From the NCBI RefSeq assembly GCF_029227855.1, contig NZ_CP074356.1: a DNA stretch of 64,000 bases. One strand, given 5' to 3'. Positions 27,672 through 39,983 of the stretch are shown here, piece after piece. How positions within the stretch are numbered: position 1 is the stretch's first letter; each line of letters starts with the position of its first letter. The translations under genes and the position numbers were made by a program. The notes beneath the pieces were generated by a model. That model worked only from the letters and a program-made list of their open reading frames with translations. It was not told where the DNA came from and ran no database searches. Source of the stretch: Escherichia coli (GTDB lineage: Bacteria; Pseudomonadota; Gammaproteobacteria; Enterobacterales; Enterobacteriaceae).

Positions 27672-28124
27672 CTACCAGCGTTTTGCCGCCTGCTGATCGC
27701 TCTCCCGAGCTTCAACCCAGCGGTCGCCTTCCGGCGTGGCTTCACGCTTCCAGAACGGTGCGCGGGTTTTGAGATAATCCATAATAAACTGTCCGGCTTC
27801 AAACGCACTGCTGCGATGCGCACTGGTAACACCGACAAAAACGATTTCATCTCCCGGCCATAATTCCCCGATGCGGTGAATTACCGTGACGCGCCCCAGC
27901 GGCCAGCGGTTACGCGCTTCATCGACAATTTCTGCCAGTGCTTTTTCAGTCATCCCCGGATAGTGTTCGAGGGTTAATGCTTTGACACTGTCGCCAAGGT
28001 TATGGTTGCGCACCTTACCGGTAAAGGTGACTACCGCACCGTCTTCGTCACACTCAGCCAGCCACGGGTACTCTTCACCTACACTGAACGGCTGCGGGCC
28101 GACAACAATTTTGGTTTCTGCCAT
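27672..28124 (-). CDS. moaE: Molybdopterin synthase catalytic subunit
   Basis: 150-aa ORF matching MoaE; last gene of moaABCDE. Confidence 0.95.
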   Translation of the reverse strand: MAETKIVVGPQPFSVGEEYPWLAECDEDGAVVTFTGKVRNHNLGDSVKALTLEHYPGMTEKALAEIVDEARNRWPLGRVTVIHRIGELWPGDEIVFVGVTSAHRSSAFEAGQFIMDYLKTRAPFWKREATPEGDRWVEARESDQQAAKRW

Positions 28125-28125
28125 C

Positions 28126-28371
28126 TTAACCTCCGGTTACCGGCGGGAAGAAAGCCACTTCGTCGCCGTCAGTCAGCGGATGGTCAAAACTCACCAGCGT
28201 CTGGTTGACGGCAGCCAGCAATTTGCCATCTTCCAGCGCCAGCGCCCAGCGATCGCTCTGCGCAGCCAGATGTTGGCGTAACGCTTCAACGGTTGGGAAA
28301 TCAGCAGCCACTTCGGTTGCATCTGTTCCCACCAACTCGCGCACCTGGGCGAAAAAAAGAACTTTAATCAT
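28126..28371 (-). CDS. moaD: Molybdopterin synthase sulfur-carrier subunit
   Basis: Internal start gives 81 aa ([13 protein letters not shown]… ending in GG). Confidence 0.9.
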   Translation of the reverse strand: MIKVLFFAQVRELVGTDATEVAADFPTVEALRQHLAAQSDRWALALEDGKLLAAVNQTLVSFDHPLTDGDEVAFFPPVTGG

Positions 28372-28849
28372 CCGCTTCCACCTTAAAGTCACCCGACTTG
28401 CCGCCGCTCTTCGCCAGCAAACGTACCGGACCAATCACCATATCTTTTTGCACCGCTTTGCACATGTCATAAATGGTCAGCGCCGCCACGGAGGCCGCGG
28501 TTAATGCTTCCATTTCGACACCGGTTTTCCCGGTCAGGCGGCATAAGGTTTCTATACGCACCCGATTGTGCTCCGGCTCGGCCTGTAAATTGACTTCGAC
28601 TTTACTGAGCATCAGCGGATGACACAGCGGGATCACATCCCAGGTGCGTTTTGCCGCCTGAATACCGGCAATACGCGCAGTGGCAAATACGTCGCCTTTG
28701 TGGTGGCGACCATCAATAATCATCGCCAGCGTCTCGCTGCGCATGGTGACAAAGGCTTCGGCGCGCGCTTCACGCACGGTTTCCGCTTTGGCGGAGACAT
28801 CCACCATGTGCGCTTCGCCAGCGGCGTTGATATGGGTCAGTTGCGACAT
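28364..28849 (-). CDS. moaC: Cyclic pyranopterin monophosphate synthase
   Basis: 161-aa ORF matching MoaC. Confidence 0.95.
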   Translation of the reverse strand: MSQLTHINAAGEAHMVDVSAKAETVREARAEAFVTMRSETLAMIIDGRHHKGDVFATARIAGIQAAKRTWDVIPLCHPLMLSKVEVNLQAEPEHNRVRIETLCRLTGKTGVEMEALTAASVAALTIYDMCKAVQKDMVIGPVRLLAKSGGKSGDFKVEADD

Positions 28850-28851
28850 AC

Positions 28852-29364
28852 TTATTTCTTCAAATGTGGATGGAAATTACACGGACGCGTACGGGCATCC
28901 AGCTGCGGCGCAATGATATTTTCCCATGCGGTACGGCACGCTTTGGTCGAACCCGGCATGGCGAAAATCAGCGTTTTGTTAGCGACGCCCGCTACCGCAC
29001 GAGATTGCAACGTGGAAGTGCCAATCTCTTCGAACGACAACATCCGGAACACTTCACCAAAACCTTCAACTTCACGGTCGAACAACGGCAGCAGCGCTTC
29101 GGGAGCCTGATCTCCTTCCGTCAGGCCAGTCCCCCCCGTAATCAATACCACTTGTACATCGTCGCTGGCGATCCACGCAGATACCTGAGCGCGAATAGCG
29201 TAGCGGTTTTCTTTCACAATGGCTTTATCGACAACGTGATGGCCCGCTTCCTGCGCCGAATCGCGCAGATAGTGACCGGAGGTATCGTCTTCTTCACCGC
29301 GACGATTAGAAACCGTAAGAATAGCAATACGGGTCGGGATAAATTCAGTGCTTACCTGACTCAT
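28852..29364 (-). CDS. moaB: Molybdenum cofactor biosynthesis protein B
   Basis: 170-aa ORF matching MoaB. Confidence 0.95.
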
Positions 29365-29385
29365 CTGATCTCTCCTTTTGACGTT

Positions 29386-30375
29386 TTAGCCGCCAATGTA
29401 CGATAAGTTTTGCGTAATACCGGTGTTATTTTGATGCAGGAAATGGGTCTGTTTCTTCTCCCGCAGCGCCGCTGAAATACGCGCTTCCAGCGCCTGTTGC
29501 TGGGTATCGTCTTCCAGCAGATCGCGCAGGTTAACGCCGCCTTCACCAAACAGGCAGAGATGGAGTTTACCAATGGAGGAAACGCGCAGGCGGTTGCAAG
29601 TGGCGCAGAAGTCTTTTTCATACGGCATGATAAGGCCAATCTCTCCGGCGTAATCCGGATGACAAAAGACTTGCGCGGGACCGTCGCTGCGTTGACGTAA
29701 TTGGTGGATCCAGCCGCGACGCAGTAGCTCGTCACGCAGAACCTGACCAGAGATGTGATGCTTACGGAAGAGCTCGCTGCCCTCACCCGTTTCCATCAAT
29801 TCGATGAAACGCAGCTGGATAGGGCGATGCTGGATCCAGTTCAGAAAGGTGTCGAGCTGATGATGATTAACATCACGCATCAGCACGGTATTGACTTTGA
29901 CCTTCTCAAAACCGGCCTCAAATGCAGCATCGATCCCTGCCATGACCTGGTTGAATTTATCCTGCCCGGTAATGGCATGAAACTGGCGAGCGTCAAGGCT
30001 ATCAACGCTGACGTTGATGCCAGTAAGTCCCGCATCGCGCCAGTTCGCCACATCGCGTTCCAGACGGTAACCATTGGTGGTGACCGCAATCTGGCGGATA
30101 GCGTCGTTTTCCCGCACAGCGGCGATGATATCGGTAAAGTCGCGGCGTAAAGACGGCTCACCACCTGTCAGACGGACTTTTTCGGTGCCCAGACTGGCAA
30201 AGGCGCGCGTAATCCGGCGAATTTCATCGACGGTAAGAAAGCCTTTATTGGTGACGCCGCTCGGTTTGTAGCCATCCGGCAGGCAGTAGGTGCAACGAAA
30301 GTTACACACATCAGTAATCGACAGGCGCAAGTAGTAAAACTTACGCGCAAATGCATCAGTCAGTTGTGAAGCCAT
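29386..30375 (-). CDS. moaA: GTP 3',8-cyclase (radical SAM)
   Basis: Internal ATG at 30375 gives 329 aa ([31 protein letters not shown]) with the CxxxCxxC radical-SAM motif. Confidence 0.93.
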   Translation of the reverse strand: MASQLTDAFARKFYYLRLSITDVCNFRCTYCLPDGYKPSGVTNKGFLTVDEIRRITRAFASLGTEKVRLTGGEPSLRRDFTDIIAAVRENDAIRQIAVTTNGYRLERDVANWRDAGLTGINVSVDSLDARQFHAITGQDKFNQVMAGIDAAFEAGFEKVKVNTVLMRDVNHHQLDTFLNWIQHRPIQLRFIELMETGEGSELFRKHHISGQVLRDELLRRGWIHQLRQRSDGPAQVFCHPDYAGEIGLIMPYEKDFCATCNRLRVSSIGKLHLCLFGEGGVNLRDLLEDDTQQQALEARISAALREKKQTHFLHQNNTGITQNLSYIGG

Positions 30376-30379
30376 GTAC

Positions 30380-30520
30380 ACCTTTCCAGATACGGGAGGC
30401 GAAGTCATTTCTTTCTTCGCCCTGGTGGCAATCTTTACGAGCATTGTCACGGCCAAAGCACCGTATCAGTTGACCCAGGTGCAGAGGCTAGAGTGTTTAG
30501 TGGTTAAGCCGATACTAGCG
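30380..30520 (-). promoter_or_regulatory. Molybdenum-cofactor (Moco) riboswitch candidate in the moaA leader
   Basis: Long structured 5' UTR upstream of moaA; the E. coli moaABCDE leader is the described Moco RNA motif; transcript ends …GCGAAGAAAGAAAUGACUUCGCCUCCCGUAUCUGG before the start; boundaries approximate. Confidence 0.5.
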
Positions 30521-30550
30521 TGTAAATGAGATTTTTACCATCCACACTTT

Positions 30551-30574
30551 CGCTATGTAATCATGTATATAGCG
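30551..30574. promoter_or_regulatory. ModE operator-like palindrome in the moaA promoter
   Basis: cgctatgtaatcatgtatatagcg (CGCTAT-N12-ATAGCG), similar to ModE sites. Confidence 0.45.
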
Positions 30575-30711
30575 TCATGATCGTGCTATTTCGCTACAGA
30601 ATAAGGGAAAATGGCGGTTTTACTTTGATATACATCATCAGGAAGGCATAGCGTACATCGTCCTTTAGAGGTAGAAGAAAATAGTTTGTATCCTCAATAT
30701 TGGCAGGTTAA

Positions 30712-31680
<969 letters not shown>

Positions 31681-31717
31681 CACGAAGCCGGAAGAATATT
31701 CCGGCTTCGTCATCTTG

Positions 31718-33739
31718 TCACGACGCGGCAATAAACAACTCACGCAACTGATGCAACTGGTCACGAATTTGCGCCGCTTCTTCGAACTCCAGATTCTGCG
31801 CGTGTTGCATCATCAACCCTTCCAGTTCATGGATCTTCTGCTGTAACGCTTTAGGCGACATATCCATCGGCACATTATCCGGCTCAACAATTGGGCGCGA
31901 TTTTCCTCTGCCCTTCGCTTTGGTTTTGGCAATGTTCTGCCCCAGCGCCAGGATATCGACCACTTTCTTGTTCAAGCCCTGCGGCGTAATACCGTGTTCC
32001 TCGTTGTACTTCTGCTGTTTCTCGCGGCGACGTTCGGTTTCGCCAATCGCTTTCGCCATTGACGGGGTGATCTTATCGCCGTAGAGAATCGCTTTACCGT
32101 TAACGTTACGCGCCGCACGACCAATAGTCTGGATCAACGAACGTTCAGAACGCAGGAAGCCTTCTTTGTCGGCGTCGAGGATCGCCACCAGCGACACTTC
32201 TGGCATATCCAGACCTTCGCGCAGTAAGTTGATCCCCACCAGCACGTCGAACTCGCCCAGACGCAAGTCGCGGATAATCTCCATACGCTCGACGGTGTCG
32301 ATATCGGAGTGAAGATAACGCACGCGCTCGCCGTGTTCTTCGAGATATTCCGTGAGATCTTCCGCCATTCGCTTGGTCAGAGTTGTAACCAGTACGCGTT
32401 CGTTAATTGCCGCTCGCTGACGAATCTCCGAAAGAAGATCATCAACCTGTGTCGCCACTGGCCGCACTTCGATAATCGGATCAAGCAATCCGGTTGGACG
32501 CACCACCTGATCCACCACATCGCCGCCCGATTTTTCCAGCTCGTAATTACCCGGCGTCGCCGAAACATAGATGGTTTGCGGCGCTAATGCTTCGAACTCT
32601 TCAAACTTCAGCGGACGGTTATCCAGCGCTGATGGCAGGCGGAAGCCGTACTCCACCAGCGTCTCTTTACGCGCCCGGTCACCGCGATACATGCCGCCAA
32701 TTTGCGGAATGGTGACGTGTGATTCATCGACCACCAGCAGCCCATCGGCAGGCAGGTAATCAAACAGCGTCGGCGGTGGCTCACCCGGTCCACGACCGGA
32801 GAGGAAGCGCGAGTAGTTCTCAATCCCGGAACAGTAGCCCAGCTCGTTCATCATCTCCAGATCAAACTGGGTACGCTGGGTCAGCCGCTGCTCTTCAAGC
32901 AACTTGTTGTTCTCCAACAGCACTTTGCGTCTGGCGGCCAGTTCTTCTTTGATCTCTTCCATCGCCTGTACGATGCGCTCGCGCGGCGTGACGTAGTGCG
33001 TTTTCGGGTAGATGGTAAAACGTGGAATAGTGGAAACAATCTGCCCGGTGAGCGGGTCAAATAACGACAATCGTTCCACTTCCTCGTCAAACAGCTCCAC
33101 GCGAAGTGCAATGTCATCCGATTCTGCTGGGAAGATATCAATCACCTCACCACGAACGCGGAAAGTACCACGCTGGAATGCCTGATCATTACGAGCGTAT
33201 TGCAGCTCCGCCAGTCGGCGCAGAATCGCGCGCTGATCGATAATCATACCGACCGTGAGATGGAGCATCATCTTGAGATATAAATCAGGATCGCCCAGAC
33301 CATAAATCGCGGAAACAGAGGCCACTACAACCACATCACGCCGCTCCAGCATCGCTTTGGTGGCGGATAAACGCATCTGCTCAATATGTTCGTTAACCGA
33401 GGCATCTTTCTCAATGAAGGTGTCGGAACTCGGTACATAGGCTTCCGGCTGATAGTAGTCGTAGTAGGAGACGAAATATTCCACCGCGTTTTCCGGGAAG
33501 AACTCTTTCATTTCGCCATACAACTGGGCCGCCAGCGTTTTGTTGGGCGCAAGTACCATGGTAGGGCGCTGAAGATCAGCAATGACATTGGCAATGGTGA
33601 AGGTTTTCCCGGAGCCAGTCACGCCAAGTAACGTCTGATGCGCCAGGCCATCTTCCAGCCCCTCTTCGAGACGTCGAATCGCCTCTGGCTGATCGCCAGA
33701 AGGTTTAAAAGCGGAATTCAGTTTGAACGGTTTACTCAT
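31718..33739 (-). CDS. uvrB: Excinuclease ABC subunit B
   Basis: 673-aa ORF with Walker A GVTGSGKT and helicase motifs; matches UvrB. Confidence 0.97.
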
Positions 33740-33813
33740 GAGTCGCTACCTGAAGGAGTTGGGCGGGCAGGTATGTAATTTTACTCGTCGTACTTAATTA
33801 TGCCAACAAATTA

Positions 33814-33833
33814 TACTGGATAAAAAAACAGTT
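33814..33833. promoter_or_regulatory. LexA (SOS) box of uvrB
   Basis: aactggataaaaaaacagtt (CTG-N10-CAG) in the uvrB promoter region. Confidence 0.65.
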
Positions 33834-34135
33834 CCTCACCATAATATTTCTGTTACAGCGTAAACTCCGCTGTCAATCATGAGCAAAATTTACTCTGTGG
33901 CGAGATAAAACTCCGGCCTTACCGGGTTATCCCCAAAGCAACGGCTTTTTTAACATTTGTCAAGATGAGTGATGACAGTTTTATGGCAAGAGATGCCTCT
34001 TCAGTGACTGCCATTGCAATTATCTAACCAGTTAAAAAATAAAAGATATTTCTTTGAGCCGTCTTTAACGCCAATTCGCGTGCAAGCCGCGTATTCTCTC
34101 GCTTGCCTCGTGTTTTCTAACTCTAATACACATGG

Positions 34136-34159
34136 TTATCCACAGGAATAGTGGATAAC
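34136..34159. promoter_or_regulatory. Pair of inverted DnaA boxes in the uvrB upstream region
   Basis: ttatccaca (34136-34144) and gtggataac (34151-34159) match the DnaA box consensus TTATNCACA in opposite orientations. Confidence 0.5.
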
Positions 34160-34317
34160 TGTCTGCAGCCCCTATCCCCCGCCGCCTGGGCAATTCCCAC
34201 ATTCATCGCATGATGCGGAAGTAAAATTTTTTTCGTGATTATTTTAGAATTTAATTGGTTAAATTGCAGTCAATCGAAGACGCGATCTCGCTCGCAATTT
34301 AACCAAATACAGGATGG

Positions 34318-34995
34318 CTACAACAAGGCAAGGTTTATGTACTTTCCGGTTGCCGCATTTTCTGGATTTTCTGCAAGCCAGGGGATCTCTCCCAGCAGCG
34401 GCGCGGGAATCATGCGGGTGAGCGTGGTCATATATTCAGCGTGACGTTTTCCCGGAGGCGTGACATCATTCGCCACCCAACCCGCCAGAGTCAGCCCGGC
34501 GTGTTGTATTGCCTGTGCCGTCAACATCGCGTGATTAATACAGCCGAGTTTCACACCAACTACCAGTATCACCGGCAGTTGTTCCTGTGTTACCCAATCT
34601 GCAAAAGTGAAAGTGTCAGAAAGCGGCGTAAACCAGCCGCCAGCACCTTCCACTAACACCCAGTCAGCCTGTTGTTCAAGCGCGCGTAATCCGGCGCTCA
34701 TTACCAATGATTCTATCGGCCTGCCCTCTTGTGCGCTGATGATGTGCGGCGAAGTGGGTTCTGCGAAGGTGTAAGGATTTACCGTTGCGTAATCCAGCTG
34801 CAGGCTGCTGTTGCGCTGTAACGCCAGCGCGTCACTATTACGTAAGCCTTCCGGGGTCTTTTCGCTGCCAGAGGCGACCGGTTTATAACCTGCCGTCCGA
34901 TAACCTGCTGCCTTCGCGGCTTGTAAAAGTGCACAACTGGCGACAGTTTTCCCCACTTCGGTATCCGTTCCGGTGACAAAATAACGTTTACTCAC
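34318..34995 (-). CDS. bioD: Dethiobiotin synthetase (GTG start)
   Basis: 225 aa from the GTG at 34995 ([17 protein letters not shown]-loop); matches BioD. Confidence 0.93.
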   Translation of the reverse strand: MSKRYFVTGTDTEVGKTVASCALLQAAKAAGYRTAGYKPVASGSEKTPEGLRNSDALALQRNSSLQLDYATVNPYTFAEPTSPHIISAQEGRPIESLVMSAGLRALEQQADWVLVEGAGGWFTPLSDTFTFADWVTQEQLPVILVVGVKLGCINHAMLTAQAIQHAGLTLAGWVANDVTPPGKRHAEYMTTLTRMIPAPLLGEIPWLAENPENAATGKYINLALL

Positions 34996-35743
34996 GAGCA
35001 ATTACTCCCAAAAAAAGATGATACGTCAGAGGATATCGCCCCTGTTGTTGCGGCCAGGCCAGTTGCAATCGCTGCAACTGCGAACGCGTTAATATTCGTG
35101 GGTCGCGCCCTTTATGAATATGCGTGGCACCGATGCCTTTCAGCGAACGCATGGCACTGAGCGCATCAGCAAACCACAGCGTGATGGGCTGAATATGATG
35201 TTGATAATGCACGCCGTTCAGCGACTGTTCGATTTCATCTGGCGGTAAAAAGCGATTAGCATGCGGGCGCTCGTCCACCGCCTGCCACGCCTGATGTAAT
35301 TCAGGGAGCGATCCCTGCGCCAGCGTGGTAAACGCGACCACGCCTCCGGGGCGCACCACCCTGTATAGCTCGCGGAGTGCCGTGGATAAATTACCGCACC
35401 ACTGCACCGCGAGATTGCTCCATGCAAGATCGAACGTCGCAGTCGCTAACGGCAGGGATTCGATATCTCCCGCCAGATAATGGTCTGCGGCATCTTTATG
35501 GCGGGCTTGCGCAAGCATTGGCGGCGAGAGATCTAACGCCGTCACCTGCGCGTGACGTTCCCGCCAGTGGCGGCTCATCCAGCCAGGTCCACAACCCGCG
35601 TCCAGTACGTGGGTGTATTTACGCTGTGGAAGCATTGCCAGTAAGACGTCAGCACTCTGGCGCTGTAACTCTGCGTGTTGCTCATAGTGCGCGGCTGCCC
35701 GACCAAATGCCGCTGCAATGGCTTGTTTATTAACCGTTGCCAT
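34988..35743 (-). CDS. bioC: Malonyl-ACP O-methyltransferase
   Basis: Internal ATG at 35743 gives 251 aa ([22 protein letters not shown]…) with a SAM-binding motif (LDAGCGPG). Confidence 0.92.
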   Translation of the reverse strand: MATVNKQAIAAAFGRAAAHYEQHAELQRQSADVLLAMLPQRKYTHVLDAGCGPGWMSRHWRERHAQVTALDLSPPMLAQARHKDAADHYLAGDIESLPLATATFDLAWSNLAVQWCGNLSTALRELYRVVRPGGVVAFTTLAQGSLPELHQAWQAVDERPHANRFLPPDEIEQSLNGVHYQHHIQPITLWFADALSAMRSLKGIGATHIHKGRDPRILTRSQLQRLQLAWPQQQGRYPLTYHLFLGVIARE

Positions 35744-36884
35744 GCAGCACCTCCAGCAGACGGTCGATATCCTGCATTTCATGCGCGGCGGTTAGTGTTA
35801 AGCGCAGTCGCGCAGTACCAGCAGGTACGGTTGGCGGGCGAATCGCCGTGACCCAGCAGCCTTGCTGGCGCAGTTTTTCTGCCAGTTGTAACGCACGGCT
35901 GTTATCACCAACAATCAATGGCTGGATGGCGCTGCATGAATCAGCAAGCGTAAACGGTAAATCCTGTACTCCGGCACGAAAACGCGTAATGAGTGCCGCC
36001 AGTTTTTCGCGCCGTGCATCACCCTCATCACTGCGAATGACCGCCAGCGATGCACGTAATGCCTGCGCCTGAGCGGGCGGCATACTGGTGCTGTAGATAA
36101 GATGGCGGGCGAATTGCAGCAGATAATCCGCCACCGTATTGGAGCAAAGCACCGCAGCCCCGCTGACGCCAAATCCTTTGCCAAAAGTCACCACCAGCAA
36201 TTCTGGTTTTACCTTTTGCAACCAGCAGGTGCCGCGCCCCTGCTCCCCGATAACGCCCGTGCCGTGGGCATCATCGACCATCAACCAGCCATTGTGCTGT
36301 TGCGTTACCTGCTGGATTTCCGCCAGTGGCGCACTATCGCCGTCCATGCTGAACACGCCTTCTGTCACCACCAGTTGCTGCCCCGGACAGGGGGAAGCAA
36401 GCAGTCGCGCCAGATGAGTAACATCGTTATGAACAAAACGGCGAAGCTGCGCCGGGCTTAAACTGGCAGCTTCCAGCAATGAGGCGTGACTCAGCCGATC
36501 GGCAACAATACGGTCCTCTTTCGCCGTCATCGCGGTAATAACTGCCTGGTTAGCGGCAAAACCAGAGATAAACAGCAGTGCCCGCGAATAGCCCAGCCAC
36601 TCGGCCAGTTCTTCTTCCAGCGCCTGATGCGCCACGCTATAACCGCTGACGTGACCGGAACCGCCGCTACCGACGCCAAATTGCTCCGCACTCTGCTTCC
36701 AGGCACGGATAATTTGCGGATGATGGCTTAAACCTAAATAATCGTTACTGGAAAAGTTCAGATACTGGCGATCGTCCGCCACCAGCCAGCGTCCGGCCCC
36801 TTGCGCCACTGGATAACGGCGACGCAGGGCATCGGCAGCACGCCGCGCATCGAGCGCCGCGTTGATTTTATCCTGCCAGCTCAT
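35730..36884 (-). CDS. bioF: 8-amino-7-oxononanoate synthase
   Basis: 384-aa PLP-dependent ORF matching BioF. Confidence 0.95.
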   Translation of the reverse strand: MSWQDKINAALDARRAADALRRRYPVAQGAGRWLVADDRQYLNFSSNDYLGLSHHPQIIRAWKQSAEQFGVGSGGSGHVSGYSVAHQALEEELAEWLGYSRALLFISGFAANQAVITAMTAKEDRIVADRLSHASLLEAASLSPAQLRRFVHNDVTHLARLLASPCPGQQLVVTEGVFSMDGDSAPLAEIQQVTQQHNGWLMVDDAHGTGVIGEQGRGTCWLQKVKPELLVVTFGKGFGVSGAAVLCSNTVADYLLQFARHLIYSTSMPPAQAQALRASLAVIRSDEGDARREKLAALITRFRAGVQDLPFTLADSCSAIQPLIVGDNSRALQLAEKLRQQGCWVTAIRPPTVPAGTARLRLTLTAAHEMQDIDRLLEVLHGNG

Positions 36885-37921
36885 AGCGCTGCCGCGTTGT
36901 AATATTCGTCAGTGTCCGGGGTCATCAGTGCCTGCTCCAGACGCTGCTGTTGTTCGTTATCCCCTGCCAGCACGGCAGTTTGCTGCGGATTTAGCCCCAG
37001 TTTGCGGAACAGTTGCAGGTCTTTATCTTCTTCCGGATTCGGCGTGGTTAGCAGTTTGCAACCGTAGAAAATCGAGTTAGCCCCGGCCATAAAGCACATC
37101 GCCTGAGTCTGTTCATTCATCTGCTCGCGTCCGGCAGAAAGGCGCACGTATGAGGTCGGCATCATGATCCGCGCTACGGCAATGGTGCGAATAAAATCAA
37201 AGGCATCGACATCATCGTTATCCGCCAGCGGTGTGCCTTTCACCTTCACCAGCATGTTGATTGGCACGCTTTCCGGCGGCGTCGGCAGGTTTGCCAGTTG
37301 CAGTAATAATCCGGCGCGATCTTTCACCGTTTCGCCTAAGCCCACAATGCCACCTGAGCAGACTTTGATCCCGGCATCGCGCACTTTTTCCAGCGTATCA
37401 AGGCGTTCCTGATAAGTGCGTGTGGTGATGATATTGCCGTAAAACTCCGGCGAGGTGTCGAGGTTGTGGTTGTAGTAATCCAGCCCGGCGTTCGCAAGGC
37501 GCTGCGCCTGAGATTCACTCAACGTACCCAGCGTCATACACGCCTCCAGCCCCATCGCTTTTACTCCCTGCACCATTTGTTCCAGGTAGGGCATATCGCG
37601 TTCGTGGGGATTCTTCCACGCCGCGCCCATGCAGAAGCGCGTCGATCCTGCCGCTTTCGCTTTGCGCGCCGACTCCAGCACCTGTTCAACTTCCATCAAC
37701 CGCTCGGCTTCCAGCCCGGTTTTGTAGCGCGAGCTTTGCGGGCAGTATTTGCAATCTTCCGGACAAGCTCCGGTCTTAATTGACAGCAAAGTGCTGACCT
37801 GCACCTGACGTGGATCGAAATGCTGACGATGCACCTGCTGCGCTTCAAACAGCAGATCCAGCAACGGTTTTTCAAATAATTCTGTGACTTGCGACAATGT
37901 CCAGCGTGGGCGGTGAGCCAT
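36881..37921 (-). CDS. bioB: Biotin synthase (radical SAM)
   Basis: 346 aa with CxxxCxxC motif ([10 protein letters not shown]); matches BioB. Confidence 0.97.
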   Translation of the reverse strand: MAHRPRWTLSQVTELFEKPLLDLLFEAQQVHRQHFDPRQVQVSTLLSIKTGACPEDCKYCPQSSRYKTGLEAERLMEVEQVLESARKAKAAGSTRFCMGAAWKNPHERDMPYLEQMVQGVKAMGLEACMTLGTLSESQAQRLANAGLDYYNHNLDTSPEFYGNIITTRTYQERLDTLEKVRDAGIKVCSGGIVGLGETVKDRAGLLLQLANLPTPPESVPINMLVKVKGTPLADNDDVDAFDFIRTIAVARIMMPTSYVRLSAGREQMNEQTQAMCFMAGANSIFYGCKLLTTPNPEEDKDLQLFRKLGLNPQQTAVLAGDNEQQQRLEQALMTPDTDEYYNAAAL

Positions 37922-37961
37922 GGGGCTTCTCCAAAACGTGTTTTTTGTTGTTAATTCGGTG

Positions 37962-38001
37962 TAGACTCGTAAACCTAAATCTTTTCAATTTGGTTTACAA
38001 G
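37962..38001. promoter_or_regulatory. Biotin operator (BirA binding site) in the bioA/bioB divergent promoter
   Basis: Imperfect palindrome cgtaaacctaaatcttttcaatttggtttacaag between the divergent bioB and bioA starts. Confidence 0.6.
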
Positions 38002-38007
38002 TCGATT

Positions 38008-39297
38008 ATGACAACGGACGATCTTGCCTTTGACCAACGCCATATCTGGCACCCATACACATCCATGACCTCCCCGCTACCGGTTTATCCGGTGGCGAGC
38101 GCCGAAGGTTGCGAGCTAATTTTGTCTGACGGCAGACGCCTGGTTGACGGTATGTCGTCCTGGTGGGCGGCGATCCACGGCTACAATCACCCGCAGCTTA
38201 ATGCGGCGATGAAGTCGCAAATTGATGCCATGTCGCATGTGATGTTTGGTGGTATCACTCATGCGCCAGCCATTGAGCTGTGCCGCAAACTGGTGGCGAT
38301 GACGCCGCAACCGCTGGAATGCGTTTTTCTCGCGGACTCCGGTTCCGTAGCGGTGGAAGTGGCGATGAAAATGGCGTTGCAGTACTGGCAGGCCAAAGGC
38401 GAAGCGCGCCAGCGTTTTCTGACCTTCCGCAATGGTTATCATGGCGATACCTTTGGCGCGATGTCTGTGTGCGATCCGGACAACTCGATGCACAGCCTGT
38501 GGAAAGGCTATCTGCCAGAAAACTTGTTTGCTCCCGCCCCGCAAAGCCGCATGGATGGTGAATGGGATGAACGCGATATGGTGGGCTTTGCCCGCCTGAT
38601 GGCGGCACATCGTCATGAAATCGCCGCCGTGATCATTGAACCGATTGTCCAGGGCGCAGGCGGGATGCGCATCTACCATCCGGAATGGTTAAAACGAATC
38701 CGCAAAATGTGCGATCGCGAAGGTATCTTGCTGATTGCTGACGAGATCGCCACCGGATTTGGTCGTACCGGCAAACTGTTTGCCTGTGAACATGCAGATA
38801 TCGCGCCGGACATTTTGTGCCTCGGTAAAGCCTTAACCGGCGGTACAATGACCCTTTCCGCCACACTCACCACGCGCGAGGTTGCGGAAACCATCAGCAA
38901 CGGCGAAGCCGGTTGCTTTATGCATGGGCCAACTTTTATGGGCAATCCGCTGGCCTGCGCAGCAGCAAACGCCAGCCTGGCGATTCTCGAATCTGGCGAC
39001 TGGCAGCATCAGGTGGCGGCTATTGAAGGGCAGCTACGCGAGCAACTTGCCCCCGCCTGTGACGCCGAAATGGTTGCCGATGTGCGCGTACTGGGGGCAA
39101 TCGGCGTGGTCGAAACCACTCGTCCGGTGAATATGGCGGCGCTGCAAAAATTCTTTGTCGAACAGGGGGTATGGATCCGGCCTTTTGGCAAACTGATTTA
39201 CCTGATGCCGCCCTATATTATTCTCCCGCAACAGTTGCAGCGTCTGACCGCAGCGGTTAATCGTGCGGTGCAGGATGAAACATTTTTTTGCCAATAA
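38008..39297 (+). CDS. bioA: Adenosylmethionine-8-amino-7-oxononanoate aminotransferase
   Basis: Internal ATG at 38008 gives 429 aa ([20 protein letters not shown]…); PLP aminotransferase class III. Confidence 0.95.
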   Translation: MTTDDLAFDQRHIWHPYTSMTSPLPVYPVASAEGCELILSDGRRLVDGMSSWWAAIHGYNHPQLNAAMKSQIDAMSHVMFGGITHAPAIELCRKLVAMTPQPLECVFLADSGSVAVEVAMKMALQYWQAKGEARQRFLTFRNGYHGDTFGAMSVCDPDNSMHSLWKGYLPENLFAPAPQSRMDGEWDERDMVGFARLMAAHRHEIAAVIIEPIVQGAGGMRIYHPEWLKRIRKMCDREGILLIADEIATGFGRTGKLFACEHADIAPDILCLGKALTGGTMTLSATLTTREVAETISNGEAGCFMHGPTFMGNPLACAAANASLAILESGDWQHQVAAIEGQLREQLAPACDAEMVADVRVLGAIGVVETTRPVNMAALQKFFVEQGVWIRPFGKLIYLMPPYIILPQQLQRLTAAVNRAVQDETFFCQ

Positions 39298-39355
39298 CGG
39301 GAAGTCAGCGTGAGGGTTTCTGGCTACACTTTCTGCAAACTAGAAAGGAGGGTTC

Positions 39356-39832
39356 ATGAAACTCATCAGTAATGATCTGCGCGATGGCGATAAGCTGCCG
39401 CATCGTCATGTCTTTAACGGCATGGGTTACGATGGCGATAATATTTCACCGCATCTGGCGTGGGATGATGTTCCTGTGGGAACGAAAAGTTTTGTTGTCA
39501 CCTGCTACGACCCGGATGCGCCAACTGGCTCCGGCTGGTGGCACTGGGTAGTTGTTAATTTACCCGCGGATACCCGCGTATTACCGCAAGGGTTTGGCTC
39601 TGGTCTGGTAGCAATGCCAGACGGCGTTTTGCAGACGCGTACCGACTTTGGTAAAACCGGGTACGATGGTGCAGCGCCGCCGAAAGGCGAAACCCATCGC
39701 TACATTTTTACCGTTCACGCGCTGGATGTAGAACGTATTGATGTCGATGAAGGTGCCAGCGGCGCGATGGTCGGGTTTAACGTCCATTTCCATTCTCTGG
39801 CAAGCGCCTCGATTACTGCGATGTTTAGTTAA
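39356..39832 (+). CDS. ybhB: PEBP/YbhB-family (kinase inhibitor-like) protein
   Basis: 158-aa ORF matching YbhB. Confidence 0.9.
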   Translation: MKLISNDLRDGDKLPHRHVFNGMGYDGDNISPHLAWDDVPVGTKSFVVTCYDPDAPTGSGWWHWVVVNLPADTRVLPQGFGSGLVAMPDGVLQTRTDFGKTGYDGAAPPKGETHRYIFTVHALDVERIDVDEGASGAMVGFNVHFHSLASASITAMFS

Positions 39833-39983
39833 TCACTCTGCCAGATGGCGCTATGCCATCTGGTATCACTTAAAGGTATTAAAAACAACTTTTTGTCTTT
39901 TTACCTTCCCGTTTCGCTCAAGTTAGTATAAAAAAGCAGGCTTCAACGGATTCATTTTTCTATTTCATAGCCCGGAGCAACCT

